From an uncultured Balneolaceae bacterium (GTDB lineage: Bacteria; Bacteroidota; Rhodothermia; Balneolales; Balneolaceae), in NCBI GenBank assembly GCA_964421495.1, contig CAYQXO010000001.1, positions 1 through 63,425 of the forward strand: DNA of 63,425 nt, in the 5' to 3' direction. The notes under the pieces are model-generated. The model did not search any database. It was not told where the DNA came from and saw only the letters and a program-made list of their open reading frames with translations. This document shows, in pieces, positions 56,072 to 63,425 of this stretch (within the stretch, counting starts at the first letter, position 1; every line of letters starts with the position of its first letter). Both the position numbers and the translations under genes were made by a program.

Positions 56072-57403
56072 ATGAAACTAGCTGTAATTGGAACGGGTTA
56101 TGTTGGACTGGTATCCGGTACGTGCTTTGCTGACACCGGCAATGATGTGACGTGTGTTGATATTGACGAAGATAAAGTGGAGCAGTTGCAGGAGGGGAAT
56201 ATCACTATTTATGAGCCGGGGCTTGAAGCTCTTTTCAATCGTTCATTGCGTGAGGGGCGGCTCCACTTCACCACTCGGTTGGAACAAGCGGTGCGGGAAG
56301 CAGAAATCATTTTCCTTTGCTTGCCTACTCCGGCCGGAGCAGGGGGAGAAGCCGATCTTTCGGCGGTATTGAAAGTTGCTGGACAGCTGGGAGAAATTAT
56401 TGACGAGTATAAAATTATCGTTAATAAAAGCACGGTCCCCGTGGGAACGGCTGACAAGGTTAGAGACGCCATCGCCGCAAAAACAGATGTGCCGTTTGAC
56501 GTTGCCTCGAATCCCGAATTTTTAAAAGAGGGAGCGGCGGTGGAAGACTTCCTCAAACCCGAACGTATTGTGGTGGGCACGTCAAGCGATAAAGTAGCCC
56601 GTAAATTGAAATTGTTGTATGAGCCGTTTGTGCGGAGTGGTAATCCCATAATCATCATGGATCCGCGTAGTGCCGAGATGACGAAATACGCCGCAAATGC
56701 CATGTTGGCAACGAAGATTTCTTTCATGAACGAAATAGCCAACTTGTGCGAACGGGTGGGAGCGGATGTAGACAATATTCGAAAGGGAATTGGAACGGAT
56801 AGCCGTATTGGCAAGCGATTTCTGTTTGCCGGTCACGGATTTGGGGGAAGCTGCTTTCCCAAGGATGTCAAAGCCATCCATCAGACGGCTGCTAACCATG
56901 GTTACGATTTTAGAATCATGGATGCGGTTATACGTGTAAATGATCGTCAAAAGTTAACCCTGGTACGAAAAATCAAGCAGTTTTACGGGGCCGACCTGTC
57001 CGGTAAAGTTTTTGGATTCTGGGGACTGTCTTTTAAGCCGGAAACAAACGATGTGCGTGAATCGCCCGCCTTGTATATAACCAAAGAACTGATCAATAGC
57101 GGTGCACGCCTGAAAGCGTACGATCCGGAAGCCATGGAAACTTTCAGGGAGGCGGTGGATCCGGAGATCAACGAGTCAATCAGCTATGAAAAAGACCAGG
57201 CCAAGGCTATCGAGGAGGTCGATGCCCTGGTTATTTGCACCGAGTGGAACGAATTCCGCCGGCCGGATTTGGAATCCTTCTCCGATTATATGAAAGAACC
57301 GGTAATATTTGATGGTCGGAATCTATACGATCTGGAACGTGCCCGTGAAGCTGGACTCCAGTATATAAGCATAGGCCGCCCCAGTATTAACGTCGAGCTG
57401 TAA
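56072..57403 (+). CDS. ugd: UDP-glucose 6-dehydrogenase
   Basis: The NAD-binding motif is MKLAVIGTGYVGLV. The catalytic motif is GFGGSCFPKDV. Length is 443 aa. Confidence 0.85.
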   Translation: MKLAVIGTGYVGLVSGTCFADTGNDVTCVDIDEDKVEQLQEGNITIYEPGLEALFNRSLREGRLHFTTRLEQAVREAEIIFLCLPTPAGAGGEADLSAVLKVAGQLGEIIDEYKIIVNKSTVPVGTADKVRDAIAAKTDVPFDVASNPEFLKEGAAVEDFLKPERIVVGTSSDKVARKLKLLYEPFVRSGNPIIIMDPRSAEMTKYAANAMLATKISFMNEIANLCERVGADVDNIRKGIGTDSRIGKRFLFAGHGFGGSCFPKDVKAIHQTAANHGYDFRIMDAVIRVNDRQKLTLVRKIKQFYGADLSGKVFGFWGLSFKPETNDVRESPALYITKELINSGARLKAYDPEAMETFREAVDPEINESISYEKDQAKAIEEVDALVICTEWNEFRRPDLESFSDYMKEPVIFDGRNLYDLERAREAGLQYISIGRPSINVEL

Positions 57404-57496
57404 TTCACCTAAACCGTACTCCGTTATCATCCCGGTACTGGTTTGCAGATCAGAATTGTACGCCCGGCGAATTCAACGTTTAACAATTGATGCTCC

Positions 57497-58729
57497 ATGA
57501 GGTTTTTACGTCAGGGAATCTATCTTCTCGCGCTCGCAATCGGGTTGTCCATCAGTTCAAACCCGGCTTTGAGTCAATCGACAGGCTATACCTATCAAAT
57601 TGAAGCAAGACCCGATATATGGTATAATACCGTGGATGGGATACGGGTCGGAGGCGTGGTGGACGGCCGTGAACTGGCTTCCATAGAGAAAAGTTCCCAC
57701 CAACTGGATCTGGGCGTTTGGTTGGGGACTCATTTGCCGGAGATGCCGATTTCCTATTATCTGAGCTTGAAAGAACCGATTCCCGCTATAGCCACACTCG
57801 GACAGGAAGCTTTTGTGGAAGGGATAAGCAGCGTGCGAACGGGGTATCAGCAGCATGGACTAGGGTTTTATAAACGATGGAAACCGCAGCGAGAGCGCAA
57901 TCGCACTACCAGTTTTACGTTTAATCTCTTCGCCGCCCGGCGATTTGAAGTGGCTTATTTACAATACCCGCAAACCTGGCAGGAAGAATGGATTACGGCT
58001 TCGACGACTGGCTTGACGCTTCGTGACTTAGGCGCTCGAAAATCCTGGCAACTGTCAACCCGCGCCATGTTAAACTTCCCTCTTCAAACCGATTGGTTTG
58101 CCCGATTCAAGTCAACTTTTATTCATACTTACCGGATTGGAAATTTGTTCAGGCTCAATAAACGGGTTTTCCTGGGTATTGCTACCAGCCGAACGGCTCC
58201 CGAGTACCAGTGGATCCCTTCCATGGCTTCCCCCATACATTGGAATGAACGCGGCTTGTTCAGGGCACGGGGAACCATGCCGTCGAAATGGATGAGAAGC
58301 GGGCAGGTCCAGCCGGTTGGAGGTCCGCATCTTCGAGGTTATACGGACCGACATATTCAGCAATTGAATGCGGGTATTGCGCCACTTATTCAATCCATCG
58401 GTGCCGTTAACCTGGAATTTGAATTCCCCAATCCCGTTAACCGGGCCCTGAAAAATGTTCCGACGATACATAAGTTTACCCGCGTTTCCAGCTATTTATT
58501 CTGGGATGGGGGCACATCGCTGGGGTTGACGGAGTCCGAACTGGATCGGTTTCTGAGTAATGCGGGAGTGGGAATGCGATGGAGCTTTAATATTCCCGAT
58601 TATTTGCACCAATCCCGCGGTTTTTTTATACGTTATGAGATACCGTTGTGGCTGTCTGTTCCTCTAAACGAAGAAGATGCCTGGCAAATTCGTCATCTTG
58701 TGGGCTTCGGAACCGTTTTTAATTTTTAA
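57497..58729 (+). CDS. Hypothetical outer-membrane beta-barrel protein
   Basis: ATG start and a signal peptide ending in ALSQ. The sequence is beta-rich and aromatic-rich. The C-terminus LVGFGTVFNF has the terminal Phe typical of outer-membrane proteins. Confidence 0.5.
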   Translation: MRFLRQGIYLLALAIGLSISSNPALSQSTGYTYQIEARPDIWYNTVDGIRVGGVVDGRELASIEKSSHQLDLGVWLGTHLPEMPISYYLSLKEPIPAIATLGQEAFVEGISSVRTGYQQHGLGFYKRWKPQRERNRTTSFTFNLFAARRFEVAYLQYPQTWQEEWITASTTGLTLRDLGARKSWQLSTRAMLNFPLQTDWFARFKSTFIHTYRIGNLFRLNKRVFLGIATSRTAPEYQWIPSMASPIHWNERGLFRARGTMPSKWMRSGQVQPVGGPHLRGYTDRHIQQLNAGIAPLIQSIGAVNLEFEFPNPVNRALKNVPTIHKFTRVSSYLFWDGGTSLGLTESELDRFLSNAGVGMRWSFNIPDYLHQSRGFFIRYEIPLWLSVPLNEEDAWQIRHLVGFGTVFNF

Positions 58730-58739
58730 AGCCTATGAC

Positions 58740-60566
58740 ATGAACATTAACCTGAAAAACAAAATTTGCGGCAGGAAATTTTTTGCTATTGCTGTTTTTG
58801 CAATGGGCTTGTTCATGGTGTCGGTAACCTCGTGCACTTCTTCCCGATGGGTCGTACGCGAAATGGATGCCGTCGATCAGAATGACTACGAAGTCGTCGA
58901 TTCCAAACCCTACCTCATGCAAAGCGGAGAACCCACCCCGGAAAACCCGGTTTTGGAATTATCCGCTTATGACCAGGTTACCTATCGTTACAAAGAAAAG
59001 ATACAAACTGAGCGATATATACAGGAGTATAGGCCGCGATGGTTTTTTACGGGAGTCAGCTTAGCTTCTTCGGCACTCATATTCTATAGCGCCCATTCCG
59101 ACCAGTTTGTTGAAGATTTATCGGGTCCCCAGTCCTTATTTTTTAACCTCGCGGGAGGTGCACTGGCCCTTGCTCCTTTCATAAGCATGAGACCGAAGGG
59201 AGAACCGATTGAGACCGGAGAAACACAATTAAAGCGGGTAACCGGATCGCGTGAAGTGAGCGAGAAGGAACAAACAGGAAACACGATAATAAAAAAAATC
59301 CGTCTCTCGCTTGTTCATAGTGGAGATAGCCTGATAAATAACCGGGAGATCAGGGTGCAGGACAATAAAATCAACTTGAATTTAGTGGAGCTTATAGATA
59401 CCGGTTTATTTGACGGGGTTCGTGCAGATACGGTTGAACTTGCCGTTGGTTTCAGGGAGAGTACTTTTAGTTACAGGATTCCAATTTCAAAATTTCTCGT
59501 TCCTTACGCCCGGGTTTCAACTGATTTTTCAGAATTGCATAATTCTCCATCCAGCTCATCTGACAATATTCTCACCGATTTGGCTCGCAATAGTATGCTG
59601 GAATTTGTTGAAACCGTAGAAGAGGATTGGTACAGAGTGAAATTCGGTGTAAAGGATACGTATATCGAAAGGGAAGATGTAGAGTTGGTATGGCGATCAG
59701 CTTCATTTGAACAGCGCGAATCTATCGTTACGCTGGCCAATATACCGTTTGGAGATATCGATGTAGAGAGTAACGTACCCGTGTTAAACAGCTCGAGTCC
59801 AGAAGGTATGGGACTCATTATCTCAGGCGAAGAATATGAAAATAACCTTGGATTGCGAAAATATGCCCAGCGGGATGGGAGACTGATTAAGTTATACCTC
59901 GAACAAGCACTGGGATATCCCGCGCAGGATATCCATCATATCAGTAATTATAACTCGAACGATGAAATTAGTCGCCGCTTAGGACAGATTGAAGCCCGAA
60001 TGCGGTCAGATACCAGCGAATTATTTGTTTTTATCAGCGGTCATGCCACTGTACGAGAGACAGAGGGAGAATATCATTACTATCTCGTCCCGACGGATCA
60101 AGAAAACTATCAGGAGACCGAAGAAACAAATTTACTCGATCTAGGGCGTTTATTAAGGCGGCTTAGCCAATTACCGACCCGCCAAACCTTGATAACGGCG
60201 GAGCTGGATTTTCACTACCAGGATCCGATGCTGCAAGATTCTGAAAATCTGGAGGTGATTAGACCGCTGGCCGCGATAGCACGTAATTTGACCGAGTATC
60301 ATTCACGCAGTGCAGTTATTTTTTCTTCGTCCTTTGACCAATCACCCAACGTTTACTATCAAAAAGGGGGGCAAGACAAAAAGCACCGCATTTTTCCGTA
60401 TTACCTGGCGCAATCTTTGCAGCTTCGTAATACCGAGATTGAAGATATTATGCAGTATTTGGAGAGAAATATTAACTATACGTCCCGGAAGCTTCATGAC
60501 CTGCCCCAGAATCCACAGTTTTTCGGAAATGAAAATATTAATCTGACTACCCCGGCTGCTCCCTGA
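58740..60566 (+). CDS. Lipoprotein with a caspase (C14)-fold domain lacking the catalytic Cys
   Basis: The ATG at 58740 gives MNINLKNK...VSVTSC (lipobox-like). The listed upstream start would overlap the previous gene. The caspase-like block is GLIISGEEYENNLGLRKYAQRDGRLIKLYL...LFVFISGHA...YYLVPTD...TLITAELDFH. Confidence 0.55.
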   Translation: MNINLKNKICGRKFFAIAVFAMGLFMVSVTSCTSSRWVVREMDAVDQNDYEVVDSKPYLMQSGEPTPENPVLELSAYDQVTYRYKEKIQTERYIQEYRPRWFFTGVSLASSALIFYSAHSDQFVEDLSGPQSLFFNLAGGALALAPFISMRPKGEPIETGETQLKRVTGSREVSEKEQTGNTIIKKIRLSLVHSGDSLINNREIRVQDNKINLNLVELIDTGLFDGVRADTVELAVGFRESTFSYRIPISKFLVPYARVSTDFSELHNSPSSSSDNILTDLARNSMLEFVETVEEDWYRVKFGVKDTYIEREDVELVWRSASFEQRESIVTLANIPFGDIDVESNVPVLNSSSPEGMGLIISGEEYENNLGLRKYAQRDGRLIKLYLEQALGYPAQDIHHISNYNSNDEISRRLGQIEARMRSDTSELFVFISGHATVRETEGEYHYYLVPTDQENYQETEETNLLDLGRLLRRLSQLPTRQTLITAELDFHYQDPMLQDSENLEVIRPLAAIARNLTEYHSRSAVIFSSSFDQSPNVYYQKGGQDKKHRIFPYYLAQSLQLRNTEIEDIMQYLERNINYTSRKLHDLPQNPQFFGNENINLTTPAAP

Positions 60567-60905
60567 TATGATTAATACTAAACAACAATAAAGCAGGGGA
60601 AAATTAGTTAATGTGACTTGCCGTGTTACAATCATAAATAGTGCTATTTTACGTTAGCTCTTATAAAATGTATGGATTGGTGCAATCAGGTTGTTATCAT
60701 GTTCAAAAAATGTGTATATTTATCCTTTGGAAAGCTGGTATTTGGATTTAGTCTAAATAAGCGTAATAGTGGAAGTTTCGGGCGGCAAAACAGTGTGTGC
60801 AATTTCGGTATTTCTGAGCCTTACACAAGTGAAAAGCTTTAAACCGGTACCAGTTAAGCTTCTTTTTACTTAATCTGTCCAATTAAACCAACAAGATCCC
60901 AGTTT

Positions 60906-62348
60906 ATGAGTGAGACGAAAACGTTAGAATCCACTATCGGCAGTGAATACAAATATGGATTCAGTACGGATGTTGAATATGAGGATTTCCCGAAAGGTTT
61001 AAATGAAGATATTATTCGGGAGCTGTCCAGCCGTAAAGGTGAACCGGAATGGATGACCGAGTTTCGGCTGAAATCCTATCGAAGGTGGAAAGATATGTCG
61101 GAGCCTTCCTGGTTTAATGCCACGTACGAGAGTCCCGATTTTGAAAATATTCAGTATTATTCTTCTCCGAAGCAGAAAGAGAGCAAGGAGAGCCTGGACG
61201 AGGTGGATCCAAAGATACGGGAAACGTATGAAAAGCTGGGCATCCCGCTGGAGGAGCAAAAAATGTTGTCGGGAGTTGCCGTTGATGCGGTTTTTGACAG
61301 CGTATCGATATTTACGACGTTTAAAGAGAAGTTGGCAGAAGCCGGCGTCATCTTTTGTTCCATTTCCGAAGCCATTCAGGATTATCCCGAACTGGTGAAA
61401 AAATATATGGGATCGGTCGTCCCGCCGAATGACAATTTTTATGCAGCCCTCAACTCGGCGGTGTTTTCAGACGGTTCTTTTTGCTACGTACCCAAAGACA
61501 CCATCTGCCCGATGGAACTGTCTACCTATTTTCGGATTAATAACATGGATTCCGGACAGTTCGAGCGCACGTTGATCATTTGCGAGGATAACAGTCACGT
61601 AAGCTACCTGGAAGGCTGTACCGCTCCGATGTATGACAAAAATCAGTTGCATGCCGCGGTGGTTGAGCTGGTCGCCCTGGAAAATGCGGAAATTGAGTAT
61701 TCCACAATACAAAACTGGTACTCCGGCGACGAAGACGGCAAGGGCGGTATCTTCAATTTTGTGACCAAGCGAGGTCTTTGTGCGGGAGACAATTCCAAAA
61801 TCTCCTGGACCCAGCTGGAAACCGGTTCGGCCGTTACGCTGAAATATCCGAGCGTCATTTTGAAAGGTGATAACTCGATCGGCGAGTTTTATTCGGTAGC
61901 CGTTACAAATAAACGGCAGCAAGCCGATACCGGAACCAAGATGCATCACATCGGTAAAAACACCAAGAGTACGATCATTTCGAAAGGTATTTCAGCCGAC
62001 CAGTCCAATAACAGTTACCGCGGTTTGGTCAGCTTTAGCAAAAAAGCGGACGGTGCCCGCAACTATTCGCAATGCGACTCGATGCTGATTGGCCAGGAAT
62101 GCGGCGCTCATACGTTTCCCTACATAGAATCTGAAAACCCGACGGGCAAGGTAGAGCATGAAGCTTCAACCTCTCGAGTAGGGGAAGAGCAGTTGTTTTA
62201 TATGCAGCAGCGCGGACTGGATGAAGATGACGCCGTTTCCATGATTGTAAACGGATTTTGTAAAGAGGTCCTGCAGGAACTGCCGATGGAGTTTGCCGTA
62301 GAGGCCGATAAATTGTTGGATATCAAGCTCGAAGGTAGTGTTGGATAA
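60906..62348 (+). CDS. sufB: Fe-S cluster assembly protein SufB
   Basis: Size is 480 aa. The N-terminus has [10 protein letters not shown], and the C-terminal half is highly SufB-like (...[21 protein letters not shown]...). Confidence 0.95.
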   Translation: MSETKTLESTIGSEYKYGFSTDVEYEDFPKGLNEDIIRELSSRKGEPEWMTEFRLKSYRRWKDMSEPSWFNATYESPDFENIQYYSSPKQKESKESLDEVDPKIRETYEKLGIPLEEQKMLSGVAVDAVFDSVSIFTTFKEKLAEAGVIFCSISEAIQDYPELVKKYMGSVVPPNDNFYAALNSAVFSDGSFCYVPKDTICPMELSTYFRINNMDSGQFERTLIICEDNSHVSYLEGCTAPMYDKNQLHAAVVELVALENAEIEYSTIQNWYSGDEDGKGGIFNFVTKRGLCAGDNSKISWTQLETGSAVTLKYPSVILKGDNSIGEFYSVAVTNKRQQADTGTKMHHIGKNTKSTIISKGISADQSNNSYRGLVSFSKKADGARNYSQCDSMLIGQECGAHTFPYIESENPTGKVEHEASTSRVGEEQLFYMQQRGLDEDDAVSMIVNGFCKEVLQELPMEFAVEADKLLDIKLEGSVG

Positions 62349-62397
62349 GAAAATTTTTAAACGACAGTAAAGGTTAATTTCAAAAATTAAATAAAAA

Positions 62398-63165
62398 GTG
62401 TTAGAAATAAAGAATCTTCACGCAATTGTAGCCGAAGAAGGAACCGAGATCCTGAAAGGTGTGGATCTGACGATTAACAAAGGAGAGATCCATGCGGTTA
62501 TGGGTCCGAACGGAAGTGGTAAAAGCACCCTTTCAAAAGTGGTAGCCGGTCATCCCTCGTATGAGGTAACCGAAGGTGAAGTTATCTATGAAGGGGAGGA
62601 TCTGCTGGAGCTTGATCCGGATGAACGGGCTCACAAAGGGATTTTCCTGGCTTTCCAATATCCCGTGGAAGTACCGGGGGTAAGCAATAATCGCTTACTT
62701 CGCGAGGCTTATAATACAATTGCCAAGGAACAGGGAGAAGAGGAGCTCGATCCACTCCAGTTCGAGGATTATGTCAAGGAAAAGCTGGAGCTGGTCAATA
62801 TGAATCCCGACCTGCTCGACCGAAGCGTTAACGCCGGGTTTTCAGGAGGAGAGAAAAAGCGTAATGAGGTTTTCCAGATGGCCGTATTGAATCCCAAACT
62901 TTCTTTCCTGGATGAAACGGACTCAGGCCTGGATATCGATGCCTTGAAGACGGTGGCCAATGGCATCAATTCGATAGCCAACGAGGACAACGCCATCGTA
63001 TTGGTTACTCATTATCAGCGGATTCTCGAATACGTGGAGCCCGATGCGGTTCATGTAATGATGGACGGCAAGATAGCCAAATCCGGTGATAAGCAGTTGG
63101 CCTTCAAGCTCGAGGATGAAGGATACGACTGGCTCGAAAAGGAAGTTCAGGTTAACGCACAATAA
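62398..63165 (+). CDS. sufC: Fe-S cluster assembly ATPase SufC
   Basis: GTG start. LEIKNLHA..., Walker [10 protein letters not shown], signature FSGGEKKR, Walker [13 protein letters not shown]. Confidence 0.95.
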   Translation: MLEIKNLHAIVAEEGTEILKGVDLTINKGEIHAVMGPNGSGKSTLSKVVAGHPSYEVTEGEVIYEGEDLLELDPDERAHKGIFLAFQYPVEVPGVSNNRLLREAYNTIAKEQGEEELDPLQFEDYVKEKLELVNMNPDLLDRSVNAGFSGGEKKRNEVFQMAVLNPKLSFLDETDSGLDIDALKTVANGINSIANEDNAIVLVTHYQRILEYVEPDAVHVMMDGKIAKSGDKQLAFKLEDEGYDWLEKEVQVNAQ

Positions 63166-63174
63166 AATTCAACA

Positions 63175-63425
63175 ATGAGTAACGCAGCAAAAGAAAACAC
63201 CCTATTAAAAGATCTTCTCAAGTACCAAACTCATCTGAATGGCCAATCTTCCTTGCTGGAAAAGATTCGCAAGCAAAGTGCGGAAAAGGTCAGAAACACT
63301 TCTTTTCCCACGCCACGGGATGAGGATTGGCGTTTTACCAATCTCAAACCGTTAACGCGAGGCGAGGATTTTGTACCGGCTTTTGATGAAACGGCTGACT
63401 ATCAAGCCTCGGATCTACGGGAATA
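63175..63425 (+). CDS. sufD: Fe-S cluster assembly protein SufD, truncated at the 3' window edge
   Basis: The ATG at 63175 lies 9 nt after the sufC stop. The frame is open to the window end. The product MSNAAKENTLLKDLL...FPTPRDEDWRFTNLKPL carries the SufD-type EDWRFTNL motif. It is absent from the ORF track because no stop is reached. Confidence 0.8.
   Translation, partial: MSNAAKENTLLKDLLKYQTHLNGQSSLLEKIRKQSAEKVRNTSFPTPRDEDWRFTNLKPLTRGEDFVPAFDETADYQASDLRE

Overview
This 63.4-kb chromosomal window looks like an FCB-group bacterium (Bacteroidota, Balneolota or Rhodothermota-like). The lineage call is an inference from three things: a T9SS-type C-terminal sorting domain, a DUF2723 protein, and many outer-membrane barrel proteins. 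About half the window is ordinary housekeeping: ybeY, msrB, ettA, cysC, mltG, guaA-gcvH-accC-accB-efp, metG, greA, a UDP-glucose dehydrogenase and sufBCD. Envelope and outer-membrane genes are interspersed: an Omp85-like protein, two TonB-dependent-receptor-like barrels, a tricorn-like protease next to a DmpA-like peptidase, and a VKOR fusion. I recognised no rRNA, tRNA, CRISPR array, transposase or integrase. The most unusual coding region is 9.4-19.7 kb. It holds a glycosyltransferase fused to a nucleotidyltransferase-like domain, then a tightly packed operon in the order B12-type radical SAM, methyltransferase, zinc-ribbon plus double methyltransferase, B12-type radical SAM. A sulfotransferase and a Wzx-like flippase converge on that operon. 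I do not recognise this as any characterised pathway. The non-coding space holds three repeat classes the gene track does not explain. One is a dispersed family of 28-29-bp tandem units at five intergenic loci. One is a conserved hairpin element present twice, with one compensatory base-pair change. One is a perfect 30-bp inverted repeat flanking 110 bp. Other oddities are a Toprim-domain gene coupled to ybeY whose frame is broken, a pair of PSCyt1-like proteins with CX4CH and CX3CH in place of CXXCH, a VKOR fusion whose thioredoxin-like domain has lost its CXXC, and a caspase-fold lipoprotein lacking the catalytic Cys. All product calls rest on motif recognition by eye. No database search was run.
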